Source of the DNA: an uncultured cyanobacterium
GTDB taxonomy: Bacteria > Cyanobacteriota > Cyanobacteriia > PCC-6307 > Cyanobiaceae
Assembly: GCA_963765575.1 (NCBI GenBank)
Contig: CAVXWZ010000004.1
Span: 6,477-70,476 of the forward strand
Reading direction: 5' to 3'
Length of the DNA: 64,000 bases
The notes under the pieces are model-generated. The model worked only from the letters and a program-made list of their open reading frames with translations. It did no database searches and was not told the DNA's origin. Each line of letters begins with the position of its first letter. The stretch's first letter is position 1. This document shows, piece by piece, positions 44,730 to 54,806 of the stretch. A program made the position numbers and the translations under genes.

Positions 44730-45650
44730 TCAGTCTGAGCGGGACATACTGCTGACCCAGCGAGCCAGCAGGTTGGCGGCCAGGATCATCACCACCAACA
44801 CAAACGATGCTGCCCAGGCAAGTTCATTCTGGGCATCGTAGGGCATGATGGCGAAGTTGAAGATCAGCACCGACATCGTGGCGATTGGATTGAAGATTCC
44901 CTCGGGCCAGAAAGGAGAAAACAGCGCCGTGAAGATCAGTGGTGCGGTTTCGCCGGCGGCCCGGGCAATGGCCAGCACCGCACCGGTGGCGATGGGGGTA
45001 AAAGCGGCGGGAAGGGTGATGCGAATCACGGTCACGAATTTGGACGCGCCCACGCCATAGGCACCCCAACGCAGTTCCTGGGGCACCAGTTTGAGACCCT
45101 CATCGGTGGTTTTGATCACCGTGGGCAACATCAGCAGCGCCAGGGCAATGCCACCGGCTAAGGCGCTGTAGCTCTGGTTGAAGAAAAGCCGGGTAGCGAC
45201 GATCACCCCATACACGAACACGCCGATGATGATTGAAGGCACGCCGGCCAGGATGTCGTTTCCAAAGCTCACGAACTGCGAAAACCAGCCACGATTGGAG
45301 TATTCGTTGAGGAAGATGCCGCCGCCCACCCCGATCGGGATCGCCACCAGGGTGGCCACCAGGGTCACCACCAGCGTGCCCACAATGGCGTTGCCGATGC
45401 CGCCGCCCTCCAGTCCTGGAGGCGGTGGCAACTGGGTTAACAGCGACAGACTCATCAGCCTGCCGCCCTGGAGCAGCACGTAGATGATCACCAGAAACAG
45501 CGGCAGCACCGCAATCGCTGCGAACAGCGCGGCGATGCTGGTGAGCACCCGGTTGATGCGGTTGCGCTTGAGGGTGCCGTCAAAGGTGAGCGGCCGACGG
45601 TCGAACAGGCTGTCGACGCTGGTCATCGGGGAGTTGGAGGATGTCATCAA
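44730..45650 (-). CDS. pstA: Phosphate ABC transporter permease PstA
   Basis: Multi-TM protein with an EAA-like loop ...GVGASKFVTVIRITLPAA..., positioned between pstC and pstB. Confidence 0.9.
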   Translation of the reverse strand: MMTSSNSPMTSVDSLFDRRPLTFDGTLKRNRINRVLTSIAALFAAIAVLPLFLVIIYVLLQGGRLMSLSLLTQLPPPPGLEGGGIGNAIVGTLVVTLVATLVAIPIGVGGGIFLNEYSNRGWFSQFVSFGNDILAGVPSIIIGVFVYGVIVATRLFFNQSYSALAGGIALALLMLPTVIKTTDEGLKLVPQELRWGAYGVGASKFVTVIRITLPAAFTPIATGAVLAIARAAGETAPLIFTALFSPFWPEGIFNPIATMSVLIFNFAIMPYDAQNELAWAASFVLVVMILAANLLARWVSSMSRSD

Positions 45651-45656
45651 GGGAAC

Positions 45657-46661
45657 TCAGTAGCGCAGGCTGAGGCGTCGCACGATCAACTTGGCCAGCA
45701 CGTTCACCACAAACGTGAGCACCATCAGGATCAGGGCTGCATACATCAAGGCCGACACCTGGATGCCGTCGGCCTCCCCAAACTGGTTGGCGAGCATGGA
45801 GGCGATGGTGTTGCCCGGCGCCAGCAGGGAGGTGCTGAAATTATTGGAGTTGCCGATGATCATCGTCACCGCCATCGTTTCACCCATGGCCCGGCCCAGG
45901 GCCAGCATGATGCCGCCGGTGATCGCCGAGATCGCGGCTGGCAGAATCACACTGAAGATCGCCCCCCAGCGGGTGGTTCCCACCCCGTAGGCGCCCTGGC
46001 GTAGTTCCTCGGGCACCTGGTTGAGGGCGTCGCGGGAGATGGCCGTGATGATCGGCAGGATCATCACCACCAGGATCAGGATCGCCGGCGCCGTGCCGGG
46101 GCCCTGGGGCACGGTGCTGAACAGGGGCAACCAGCCCAGCCAGGCATGCAGCAGGTTCAGCACGGGACGAATGGCCGGCTCCATCACGAAGATGGCCCAG
46201 AGGCCCAGCACCACCGAAGGGATCGCCGCCAGCAGCTCCACCATCAGGCCAGTGGCATCGCGCACCAGCTTGGGCAGCACGTCTTCGGTGATCAGAATCG
46301 CCGTGCCCAGACCCAGGGGCACGGCGACCAGCAGCGAGAGGATCGCCGTGACCAGGGTTCCGTAGATGGCGACGAAGGCGCCATAGCTGTTGGTGACCGG
46401 ATTCCAGGCGGAGGTGGTGATGAAGCCGAGGCCAAACTCCCGGATCGCCTCCCGGGCACCGCTGGCCACCACCAGAAAGATGCCCATCAGCACCACGGCC
46501 ACCACGGAGGCCAGGGCCATGGTCAGCTGCTGGAAGCCGATGTCCAGCAACTTCTCACTGGGCGGGCGGCGACGGAGCGTGAATGCGTCGACACCGACGG
46601 CGGCACCAGCGGCGGCACCAACGGCGGGAGTGCCTGCGCGAGAGGGGTTGTCCGTCGTCAT
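45657..46661 (-). CDS. pstC: Phosphate ABC transporter permease PstC
   Basis: Multi-TM protein, ...QGAYGVGTTRWGAIFSVILPAA..., first gene of the pstCAB run. Confidence 0.9.
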   Translation of the reverse strand: MTTDNPSRAGTPAVGAAAGAAVGVDAFTLRRRPPSEKLLDIGFQQLTMALASVVAVVLMGIFLVVASGAREAIREFGLGFITTSAWNPVTNSYGAFVAIYGTLVTAILSLLVAVPLGLGTAILITEDVLPKLVRDATGLMVELLAAIPSVVLGLWAIFVMEPAIRPVLNLLHAWLGWLPLFSTVPQGPGTAPAILILVVMILPIITAISRDALNQVPEELRQGAYGVGTTRWGAIFSVILPAAISAITGGIMLALGRAMGETMAVTMIIGNSNNFSTSLLAPGNTIASMLANQFGEADGIQVSALMYAALILMVLTFVVNVLAKLIVRRLSLRY

Positions 46662-46726
46662 GCAGGAGCGGGTTGGCGCCCGGGGTAGGCGGGTTGCCGC
46701 AATTTACGGGCGCTGACGGGCAGCAC

Positions 46727-46748
46727 TGTTTAAGTGGTGTTTAACGTC
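46727..46748 (-). promoter_or_regulatory. Candidate Pho box (two TTTAA-core repeats 11 bp apart) upstream of pstC
   Basis: tgtttaagtgg tgtttaacgtc, 66-87 nt upstream of the pstC start. This is only a partial match to the PyTTAAPyPy(T/A) consensus, with two units rather than three. Confidence 0.3.
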
Positions 46749-46800
46749 TGGCCAGCCGGTACCTTGGTGGCATCAGGCGGTTCTCGACTCCTCGCGGTTC

Positions 46801-49086
46801 ATGGGGCGCATCGTCGGCATCGACCTGGGGACCACCAACTCGGTGGTGGCTGTGCTTGAGGGCGGCCGGCCGGTGGTGATCGCCAGCGCTGAGGGCAGCC
46901 GCACCACCCCCTCGGTGGTGGGCTTCAGCCGCGACCAGGAGCTGCTGGTGGGCCAGCTCGCCCGCCGCCAGCTGGTGCTCAACCCCCGCAACACCTTCGC
47001 CAACCTCAAGCGCTTCGTGGGCCGCCAGTGGGAGGAGCTCGACGAGGGAAGCCTCACCGTGGCCTACACCGTGCGCGCCAATGCCAGCGGCAGCGTGCGC
47101 GTGGTCTGCCCCGTCACGGAGCGCGAATACGCCCCTGAGGAGCTGGTGGCCAGCGTTCTGCGCAAGCTCTGCGACGACGCCGCCACCTACCTCGGCGAGC
47201 CGGTGGAGGCGGCCGTGATCACGGTGCCCGCCTACTTCAACGACGCCCAGCGTCAGGCCACCCGCGACGCCGGCCGCCTGGCGGGCATCAGCGTTGAGCG
47301 CATCCTCAACGAGCCCACAGCAGCCGCCCTGGCCTACGGCTTCGACCGCAGTGCCGCCAAGCGGGTGCTGGTGTTCGACCTGGGCGGCGGCACCTTTGAC
47401 GTCTCGGTGCTGCGCATCGCCCAGGGGGTGTTCGATGTCAAGGCCACCAGCGGCGACACCCAGCTGGGCGGCAACGACTGGGACCGGCGCATTGTCGACT
47501 GGCTTGCCGATGCCTTCCTGGCCGAGCACCAGATCGACCTGCGTCGCGACCGTCAGGCCCTGCAGCGGCTCACCGAAGCGGCCGAGAAGGCCAAGATGGA
47601 GCTCAGCGGCGTGCAGAGCACGCCGATCTCGCTGCCGTTCATCAGCACCGGCCCCGACGGCCCGCTGCACATCGAAACCACCCTGGAGCGGCTGGTGTTT
47701 GAGGGGCTCTGCCCCGATCTGCTCGACCGCCTGCTGCGGCCCGTCCAGCGCGCCCTGCGCGATGCCGGCCTGGCCGCCGACGACATCGACGATGTGGTGC
47801 TGGTGGGGGGCGGCACGCGCATGCCGATGGTGCAGAACATGGTGCGCACGCTGGTGCCCCGCGATCCCTGCCAGTCGGTGAATCCCGACGAGGTGGTGGC
47901 GATCGGCGCCGCCGTGCAGGCCGGCATCCTCACCGGCGAGCTGCGTGATCTGATGCTCAACGACGTCACGCCCCTCTCCCTCGGCCTGGAGACCATCGGC
48001 GACGTGATGAAGGTGCTGATTCCGCGCAACACGCCGATCCCGGTGCGCAAGAGCGACGTGTTCAGCACCTCCGAGGCCAACCAGAACTCGGTGGAGATCC
48101 ACGTGCTCCAGGGCGAGCGCCAGATGGCGGTGGACAACAAGAGCCTGGGCCGCTTCCGACTCTCCGGCATCCCCCCCGCCCCCCGTGGTGTGCCCCAGGT
48201 GCAGGTGTCCCTGGACATCGATGCCAACGGCCTGCTGCAGGTGTCGGCGATGGACCGCACCACCGGCCGCCAGCAGAGCGTGAGCATCCAGGGCGGCTCC
48301 AACCTCAGCGAGGAGGAGATCGCCAGGCTGCTGCAGGAAGCGGAGGAGAAGGCGGCGGAGGATCGGCGCAAGCGGGCTGCCATCGACCGCCGCAACAAGG
48401 CCCTCACCCTGGTGGCCCAGGGGGAGCGGCGGCTGCGCGATGCGTCCCTCGAGCTCGGCCCCTATGGCGCCGAACGGCAGCAGCGGGCGGTGGAGATGGC
48501 GGTGCGGGACATGCAGGACCTGCTCGCCCTCGACGAGAGCGGCGACGGTGATCCGGTGGAGTTGGATTTGGCCGCCAGCCAGCTGCAGGAAGCCCTGTTC
48601 GGCCTCAACCGCCGCCTGCTCAGCGAGCGGCGCGCCGATCAGGGCCCGCTGCAGGGTCTCAAGAACACCCTGGGCAGCCTCAAGGATGAGCTGTTCTCCG
48701 ATGAGGACGACTGGGACGACTGGAACCGTCCCGGCCGGGATCCCTGGGCCACGGCTCCGCCCCGCTCCGCCAGCCGCTACGACGCCCCCGACCGCTTCGG
48801 CCAGCAGGATCGGTACAGCCCCCCCGATCGCTACAGCGGTGGCGGTGAGGGCGATCGGGGCTATGGCTCCGGGCGCGACCGCTCGGAGCGCTATGCGCCT
48901 GATGAGCGTGCCCGGCCCGATGACCGCTATGGGGGCGATGACCGCTACCGGCCCGACGACCGTTACCGGCCCGACGACCGCTACGACTTCGATGACCGCA
49001 ATGGGCCGGATGAGCGCACGCCGCCCGCCCGGCAGCGCGCGCGGGTGCCGGACGACGATCCCTGGCGCGACAGCGAACTGCCGTGA
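46801..49086 (+). CDS. dnaK: Hsp70 chaperone, DnaK3-type with long Asp/Arg/Tyr-repeat C-terminus
   Basis: [15 protein letters not shown]...[12 protein letters not shown]...[10 protein letters not shown]. The tail has DRY-type repeats ([23 protein letters not shown]). Confidence 0.93.
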   Translation: MGRIVGIDLGTTNSVVAVLEGGRPVVIASAEGSRTTPSVVGFSRDQELLVGQLARRQLVLNPRNTFANLKRFVGRQWEELDEGSLTVAYTVRANASGSVRVVCPVTEREYAPEELVASVLRKLCDDAATYLGEPVEAAVITVPAYFNDAQRQATRDAGRLAGISVERILNEPTAAALAYGFDRSAAKRVLVFDLGGGTFDVSVLRIAQGVFDVKATSGDTQLGGNDWDRRIVDWLADAFLAEHQIDLRRDRQALQRLTEAAEKAKMELSGVQSTPISLPFISTGPDGPLHIETTLERLVFEGLCPDLLDRLLRPVQRALRDAGLAADDIDDVVLVGGGTRMPMVQNMVRTLVPRDPCQSVNPDEVVAIGAAVQAGILTGELRDLMLNDVTPLSLGLETIGDVMKVLIPRNTPIPVRKSDVFSTSEANQNSVEIHVLQGERQMAVDNKSLGRFRLSGIPPAPRGVPQVQVSLDIDANGLLQVSAMDRTTGRQQSVSIQGGSNLSEEEIARLLQEAEEKAAEDRRKRAAIDRRNKALTLVAQGERRLRDASLELGPYGAERQQRAVEMAVRDMQDLLALDESGDGDPVELDLAASQLQEALFGLNRRLLSERRADQGPLQGLKNTLGSLKDELFSDEDDWDDWNRPGRDPWATAPPRSASRYDAPDRFGQQDRYSPPDRYSGGGEGDRGYGSGRDRSERYAPDERARPDDRYGGDDRYRPDDRYRPDDRYDFDDRNGPDERTPPARQRARVPDDDPWRDSELP

Positions 49087-50156
49087 CCTCCCGATCTGTC
49101 GCCGCCGGCGATCCCGTCATCGACCACTGGGCGGTGCTGGGCCTGGCTCCCGGCGCCGATGCCGTTGCCCTCAAGCGAGCGTTCCGCCAGCAGGCCCGCC
49201 GCTGGCACCCCGATCTCAACGGCAACGACCCCGTTGCCGAGGATCGCTTCAAGCAGGTGAACGAGGCCTACGCGGTGCTCTCCGATCCGCGCCGGCGGCG
49301 GGTGTGGGAGGGGGGCGAGTCTGAAGCCGACTCGGCGGCCCGCGCCCGAGGTCAGGACCCCTTCGCCAGCGGCTTCCCAGATTTCGACGCCTACCTGCAG
49401 GTGCTCTTCGGCGGTCGGCGGCGTGGGGGCTTGGACGGCCCTGGCGACGACCCGGATGAGGCGCGCGCCGAGGCGGACCCTGCCGAGCCCGATCGGGATG
49501 GCGATTGGGCGGCCCCTCGACACCAGCAGCCCCACCCCCGCCAGTCACCAGACCAGCAGGGCGAGGGGCCCGGATCGGTCACCGCCGCGCCCCCCTCCCC
49601 GCCGCCGGTGACGGCGGCCGGTGATGCCGAAACCGTTGTGGAGCTCACCCCGGAACAGGCCCTCGACGGTGAGCGGGTGGAACTGGAACTGGCCGATGGC
49701 ACGGCCGTGGAGGTGTGGACGCCGCCCCTGGCCGGTGATGGCTGGCGCCTGCGCCTGGCCGGTGTCACCCCCGGCGGCGGTGACCACTTCCTGCAGTTGC
49801 GGGTGCGCACGGCCGAGGGCCTGCGGGTGGATGGGCTGCGGGTGCTCTACCAGCTGCCCCTCAGTCCGGCTGAGGCGGTGCTCGGCTGCCGGGTGGTGGT
49901 GCCCACCCTGCGCGGTGCCGTGCAGCTCACCGTGCCCCCCGGCACCTCCAGCGGCCGGCTGCTGCGCCTGCGCGGCCGCGGCATGGAGTGGCGAGAGCGG
50001 CGCGGCGATCAGCTGGTGGAGGTGCGCATCGTGGTGCCCGAGCAGCCGGGGGATGCGGAGCTGGCGCTCTACCGGCGCCTTCTGGAGCTGGCTGAGGAAC
50101 TGGCCGTGGAGCTGGCCGAGGACGATCCTGGGGCCGGCCCTGCGGTGACACACTGA
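49083..50156 (+). CDS. dnaJ: DnaJ-domain co-chaperone (DnaJ3-type)
   Basis: GTG start overlaps the dnaK stop. DHWAVLGLAPGADAVALKRAFRQQARRWHPDLN (HPD motif). DnaJ C-terminal-like beta domain. Confidence 0.85.
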   Translation: MTSRSVAAGDPVIDHWAVLGLAPGADAVALKRAFRQQARRWHPDLNGNDPVAEDRFKQVNEAYAVLSDPRRRRVWEGGESEADSAARARGQDPFASGFPDFDAYLQVLFGGRRRGGLDGPGDDPDEARAEADPAEPDRDGDWAAPRHQQPHPRQSPDQQGEGPGSVTAAPPSPPPVTAAGDAETVVELTPEQALDGERVELELADGTAVEVWTPPLAGDGWRLRLAGVTPGGGDHFLQLRVRTAEGLRVDGLRVLYQLPLSPAEAVLGCRVVVPTLRGAVQLTVPPGTSSGRLLRLRGRGMEWRERRGDQLVEVRIVVPEQPGDAELALYRRLLELAEELAVELAEDDPGAGPAVTH

Positions 50157-50182
50157 GGTTCTCCGCGCAGCCCTCTCCGTCC

Positions 50183-50587
50183 ATGTCGGTGCATGTGCTC
50201 CTCTTTGATGCCGGCTCCGAACAGGAGGGCATCCACTCCCTCGAGATCAACGGCCGCACGGTGGTGCTGCTGTTTGAGGACCGTGACGATGCCGAGCGCT
50301 ACGCCGGCCTGCTGGAGGCCCAGGACTTCCCGGTGCCGACTGTCGAGGCCCTGGATCGGCGGGAGATGGAGGAGTTCTGTTGCCAGGCGGGGTATGAAGC
50401 CCGCGTCGTGCCCGCCGGGTTCGTGCCCGAGAACCCCGAGGACCGACTGTTGATCGCCCCGCCTGAGCAGAACATGGACGTGGCCCAGTGGCAGGAGGAG
50501 CAGGAGGCCCGGGGGGCCGCCGAGTCGCCCAGCTCCGCCGATCCTGAGCTGGAGGCCTTCCGCCGTCAACTCGAGGGGCTGCTGTGA
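50183..50587 (+). CDS. DUF3110-like protein (usual partner of dnaK3/dnaJ3)
   Basis: VHVLLFDAGSEQEGIHSLEINGRTVVLLFEDRDDAERYAGLLEAQDFPVPTVEAL. Confidence 0.75.
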   Translation: MSVHVLLFDAGSEQEGIHSLEINGRTVVLLFEDRDDAERYAGLLEAQDFPVPTVEALDRREMEEFCCQAGYEARVVPAGFVPENPEDRLLIAPPEQNMDVAQWQEEQEARGAAESPSSADPELEAFRRQLEGLL

Positions 50588-51567
50588 CGGCCGCCGCAGG
50601 CTCGGGCAGCGTTGACCGCGGCCACCTGCTCACCGAACAGCCCAACCCCCTCAGCACCAACCTCGACCAGCTGCCCACCGGCGAGCTGGTGGACCTCTTC
50701 TGCCGCAACGACCTGGAGCCCCAGCGCGCCGTGGCCGCCGCGGCTCCCGCGCTCACGGCGGCGGTGGATGCCATCGCCGCCCGCCTGGCCGCCGGCGGTC
50801 GGCTCTTTTACCTGGGGGCCGGCACCTCCGGCCGGCTGGGGGTGCTGGATGCGGCGGAGTGTCCGCCCACCTTCTGCTCCCCGCCGGAGCTTGTGCAGGG
50901 CGTGCTGGCGGGCGGGGCGCCGGCACTGCTGCGCAGCTCCGAAGGTCTCGAAGACCTTGAAGAGGCGGGCCGCAGCGATCTGCAGGAGCGCGGCTTCAGC
51001 GCCGGCGACTGCCTGGTGGGAATCGCTGCCGGCGGCACCACCCCCTACGTGCTGGGCGGGCTGCGTCACGCCCGTGGCCTTGGGGGGCTGGCGATCGCGC
51101 TGGCCTGCGTGCCGGCCGAGCAGGTGCCGATGCCCTGCGACATCGACATCCGTCTGCTCACCGGTGCTGAGCTGCTCACCGGCTCCACCCGGCTGAAGGC
51201 CGGCACCGCCACCAAGATGGCGCTCAACATCCTCTCCACCGGCGTGATGGTGCGCCTGGGCAAGGTGTACGGCAACCGCATGGTGGATGTGGCGGTGACG
51301 AACGCCAAGCTGGAGGACCGGGCCCTGCGCATCCTGCGCGACCTGGCCGCCCTGGAGCGGGCCCAGGCCGCCGCGTTGCTGCAGCGGGCCGGTGGGTCGG
51401 TGAAGCTGGCCCTGCTGATGGCCGCCAGCGGCCTGGAGGCCGCTGCCGCCCACGAGCGGCTGGCGCAGGAGGGCCTGGACCTGCGCCGGGCCCTGGCGGC
51501 CTGTGGCGCCAGCCTGCCGCCCGCCGGGGGCCCCTCTCAGCCCTCCTCCTCCAGCGCCCCCCAGTAG
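50584..51567 (+). CDS. murQ: N-acetylmuramic acid 6-phosphate etherase
   Basis: LLTEQPNPLSTNLD...RLFYLGAGTSGRLGVLDAAECPPTF...TGSTRLKAGTATKM. Confidence 0.9.
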   Translation: MTAAAGSGSVDRGHLLTEQPNPLSTNLDQLPTGELVDLFCRNDLEPQRAVAAAAPALTAAVDAIAARLAAGGRLFYLGAGTSGRLGVLDAAECPPTFCSPPELVQGVLAGGAPALLRSSEGLEDLEEAGRSDLQERGFSAGDCLVGIAAGGTTPYVLGGLRHARGLGGLAIALACVPAEQVPMPCDIDIRLLTGAELLTGSTRLKAGTATKMALNILSTGVMVRLGKVYGNRMVDVAVTNAKLEDRALRILRDLAALERAQAAALLQRAGGSVKLALLMAASGLEAAAAHERLAQEGLDLRRALAACGASLPPAGGPSQPSSSSAPQ

Positions 51568-52475
51568 GGAGTGGTGAACAGGTCGACACGGCGGCGGGTG
51601 TCGAGCGGCACCTGCTCCCTGGGCGTCATCAGGGCGTGGCGCAGGGCCCGGTGGGAGCTGCTCACGGGGCGCTGGGCGCCGATGCGCTCGGCGGCGACGC
51701 GCACGATCTCCTGGGCCAGGGCGGCATTGGAGCGCAGGTTGTCGATCACCAGCTCCACCGTCACCGAGGCGTGCTCCTGGTGCCAGCAGTCGTAGTCGGT
51801 CACCATCGCCAGGGTGGCGTAGGCCATCTCCGCCTCCCGTGCCAGCCGCGCCTCGGTGTGGTTGGTCATGCCGATCACGCCGCAGCCCCAGCTGCGGTAG
51901 AGCTCCGATTCGGCCCGGGTGGAGAAGGCGGGGCCCTCCATGCACAGATAGGTGCCACCGCGGTGCAGCTGGCGGCCGGGCGGCATCAGGCTCTCGCCCA
52001 CATCGGCCAGCAGGCGGCTGAGGGCTGGGCAGAAGGGGTCGGCGGCGGTGACATGGGCCACCACCCCGTTGCCGAAGAAGGACAGTGGTCGCTGGTGGGT
52101 GCGATCGATGAACTGGTCCGGCACCATCATGTCGAGGGGGCGGAACTGCTCCTGCAGCGACCCCACCGCCGACACCGAGAGGATCCAGCGCACCCCCAGG
52201 GAACGCAGGGCCCAGAGGTTGGCCCGGTAGGGCACCTCACTGGGGGCATAGCTGTGGTGGCGGCCGTGGCGGGCCAGGAATACCACCTCCAACTCGCCGA
52301 TGCGCCCCAGGCGCAGGCTGTCGGAGGGCTGGCCGAAGGGGGTGTCGAGGCTCAGCTCGCGCACCTCCTCCAGCCCCTCCATGGCGTAGAGGCCGCTGCC
52401 CCCCAGCACCCCCAGTCGGGCCTGGTGGAGGGGAAGGCCCGCGGTGACGGTGGCGGCGTCGGCGGAGCTGCTCAT
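51537..52475 (-). CDS. mtnP: S-methyl-5'-thioadenosine phosphorylase
   Basis: Inner ATG 52475 of track ORF 51537..52685: [10 protein letters not shown]...[11 protein letters not shown]...[13 protein letters not shown]...[16 protein letters not shown]. It overlaps the murQ 3' end by 31 nt (convergent). Confidence 0.9.
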   Translation of the reverse strand: MSSSADAATVTAGLPLHQARLGVLGGSGLYAMEGLEEVRELSLDTPFGQPSDSLRLGRIGELEVVFLARHGRHHSYAPSEVPYRANLWALRSLGVRWILSVSAVGSLQEQFRPLDMMVPDQFIDRTHQRPLSFFGNGVVAHVTAADPFCPALSRLLADVGESLMPPGRQLHRGGTYLCMEGPAFSTRAESELYRSWGCGVIGMTNHTEARLAREAEMAYATLAMVTDYDCWHQEHASVTVELVIDNLRSNAALAQEIVRVAAERIGAQRPVSSSHRALRHALMTPREQVPLDTRRRVDLFTTPYWGALEEEG

Positions 52476-52584
52476 GGGCGGGTCAGGCGGGTGGGCAGGT
52501 GGGGCTGGTGGCGGCGGGGCTGGAGCCGACCGGCCTCCCATTGTCAGCACGGCCCCATACAGTCGGCCTTTGCGCAGACGCCCC

Positions 52585-53025
52585 ATGACCCGTGCCGTGA
52601 TGGACACCGACGCCGGCAGCATCAACCTGGAACTGTTTGATGCCGACGCCCCCAACACCGTGGCCAACTTCGTGAAGCTGGCCAAGGAGGGCTTCTATGA
52701 CGGCCTGGCCTTCCACCGCGTGATCCCCGGCTTCATGGCCCAGGGCGGCTGCCCGAACAGCCGTGAAGGCGCCGCCGGCATGGCCGGAACCGGCGGCCCC
52801 GGCTATCACATCGACTGTGAGATCAACGGCCAGAAGCACAAGTCCGGCACCCTGGCCATGGCCCATGCCGGCAAGAACACCGGTGGCTCGCAGTTCTACA
52901 TCTGCCATGAGGCCCAGCCCCACCTCGACGGCGTGCACACCGTGTTTGGCAACACCGCCGACATGGACGTGGTGCAGGCCCTCAAGAACGGCAGCCGGAT
53001 CAACAAGGTGTCGATCCAGGATTGA
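52585..53025 (+). CDS. Cyclophilin-type peptidyl-prolyl cis-trans isomerase
   Basis: Inner ATG of track ORF 52444..53025: [32 protein letters not shown]...[19 protein letters not shown]. Confidence 0.92.
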   Translation: MTRAVMDTDAGSINLELFDADAPNTVANFVKLAKEGFYDGLAFHRVIPGFMAQGGCPNSREGAAGMAGTGGPGYHIDCEINGQKHKSGTLAMAHAGKNTGGSQFYICHEAQPHLDGVHTVFGNTADMDVVQALKNGSRINKVSIQD

Positions 53026-53071
53026 GCCTCTGGGCGCCCAGATTGAGCCTCTGGGCACCCAGATTGAGCCC
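53017..53071. repeat. 21-bp tandem repeat x2.6 spanning the ppi stop and reaching the ribBA stop
   Basis: ccaggattgagcctctgggcgc / ccagattgagcctctgggcacc / cagattgagccct. Each unit contains gat-tga. Confidence 0.85.
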
Positions 53072-54726
53072 TAGCGCCACACCACCAGCTCACCGGCATT
53101 GAGCTGGGTGAGCTGGCCGCTGGGCTGCAGCAGTTCCGCCAGGGGCCGTTGCTGGGCTTCCAGGGAGGCGCTGGGATGGTTGATCCGCTGCGGCTCCGGG
53201 CTGAGCAGCAGCCCCACCCGGCCGGTGCCCGGGGCTGAGGCCAGTTGCTCCAGCGCCCGCCGCAGCAGTTCGGGCTCCAGCGAGGCCCGCTCGCCGGTGC
53301 TCAGCAGCAGTGCCAGCTCGGGCTGGTTGAGCAGGGCCAGCAGGCGGGGATCCTCTTCGGGTTCGGCCTTGATGCCCTGCTCGCGGGCCCAGGCTTCCAG
53401 CCGCTCCCGCACCGTTGCCGCCGAACCGGCCTCCGGGTGCCCCTGCCAGGCCACCACGGCGGTGGGGCCGGCGATCGGGCAGGTGGGGCCTTCCCCCATC
53501 AGGTGGCCGAGCTTGCTGCGCTTCACGGCCAGGTAGGCGGCATTGTGCACACCCGATTCCATGACCAGGGGCACGCGGTCCACCACCTGCAGGCCATAGC
53601 CGCCGAGGCCGGCGATCTTGCGTGGATTGTTGGTGATCAGCCGCAGCCGGTGCACGCCCAGGTCGCTGAGGATCTGGGCCCCCACGCCGTAGTTGCGCAG
53701 GTCGGCGGGGAAGCCCAGCCGTTCGTTGGCCTCCACCGTGTCCAGGCCGGTGTCCTGGAGTGAGTAGGCCCGCAGCTTGTTGATCAGGCCGATGCCGCGG
53801 CCCTCCTGACGCAGGTACACCACCACACCTTCGCCAGCGGCCTCGATCATGCGCAGGGCGGCCTCCAGCTGGGGCCGGCAATCACAGCGCAGGGAGCCGA
53901 AGGCATCGCCGGTGAGGCATTCGCTGTGCACCCGCACCAGCACGGCAGCGCCGGCCCGCTCCGGGTGGCCCTTGACGATCGCCACGTGCTCGCTGCCGTC
54001 GAGTTCGTTGCGGAAGCCGATCGCCCGGAAGCTGCCGAAGGCGCTGGGCATCGCCGCCTCCGCCTGGCGACGCACGAAGCGCTCCGTGTCCAGCCGGTAG
54101 CGGATCAGTTCGGCGATCGAGATCAGCCGCAGGCCATGGCGACGGGCGTAGGCGGCCAGCTCGGGCAGGCGTGCCATCGAGCCGTTGGGATTCTGGATCT
54201 CGCAGATCACTCCGGAGGGATTGAGGCCCGCCAGCCGGGCCAGATCCACCGCCGCCTCGGTGTGGCCGGCGCGCTTGAGCACTCCGCCCTGGCGGGCGCG
54301 CAGGGGGAACACGTGGCCTGGCCGGCGCAGATCGCCGGGGCGGCTCTGGGGGTGGATCGCCACCTGGATGGTGCGGGCCCGGTCCTCGGCCGAGATGCCC
54401 GTGCTCACACCGTTCTCCGGTCCGGCGTCCACGCTCACGGTGAAGGCGGTCTGGTTGGCGTCGGTGTTGCGATCCACCATCAGCGGCAGATCCAGGGCGT
54501 CCAGCCGCTCCCCCTCGATCGCCAGACAGATCAGGCCCCGGGCTTCGGTGGCCATGAAATTGATCTGTTCGGGGGTGGCGAACTGGGCCGCACAGATCAG
54601 ATCACCCTCGTTCTCCCGGTTCTCGTCGTCCACCACCACCACCGCCTCACCGTTGCGGATCGCCGCGAGGGCATCGGCAATGGCATCGAAGCGGATGGTG
54701 GGGGTGCTGCTGGTCGCAGGACTCAT
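53071..54726 (-). CDS. ribBA: Bifunctional 3,4-dihydroxy-2-butanone-4-phosphate synthase / GTP cyclohydrolase II with C-terminal extension
   Basis: VVVVDDENRENEGDLICAAQ...RAGHTEAAVDLARLAG...RVHSECLTGDAFGSLRCDCRPQL...YLRQEGRGIGL. Confidence 0.93.
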   Translation of the reverse strand: MSPATSSTPTIRFDAIADALAAIRNGEAVVVVDDENRENEGDLICAAQFATPEQINFMATEARGLICLAIEGERLDALDLPLMVDRNTDANQTAFTVSVDAGPENGVSTGISAEDRARTIQVAIHPQSRPGDLRRPGHVFPLRARQGGVLKRAGHTEAAVDLARLAGLNPSGVICEIQNPNGSMARLPELAAYARRHGLRLISIAELIRYRLDTERFVRRQAEAAMPSAFGSFRAIGFRNELDGSEHVAIVKGHPERAGAAVLVRVHSECLTGDAFGSLRCDCRPQLEAALRMIEAAGEGVVVYLRQEGRGIGLINKLRAYSLQDTGLDTVEANERLGFPADLRNYGVGAQILSDLGVHRLRLITNNPRKIAGLGGYGLQVVDRVPLVMESGVHNAAYLAVKRSKLGHLMGEGPTCPIAGPTAVVAWQGHPEAGSAATVRERLEAWAREQGIKAEPEEDPRLLALLNQPELALLLSTGERASLEPELLRRALEQLASAPGTGRVGLLLSPEPQRINHPSASLEAQQRPLAELLQPSGQLTQLNAGELVVWR

Positions 54727-54806
54727 GGCGGGCGCCCGATGGGCGGCGAGGGCGCAATCATCCTTTATAAAGCCCTGTTCAGCTCCACGAGGATGGGTTC
54801 AGCTCC

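Noticed and set aside
43664-46661. tRNA-Ser followed by a possible genomic island
   Set aside because: The adjacent genes are the ordinary pstCAB phosphate transporter, with normal GC and codon usage. There is no repeat of the tRNA 3' end and no integrase.
54727-54806. Possible FMN riboswitch upstream of ribBA
   Set aside because: The spacer is only 80 nt, too short for an FMN element, and I could not see the conserved helices.
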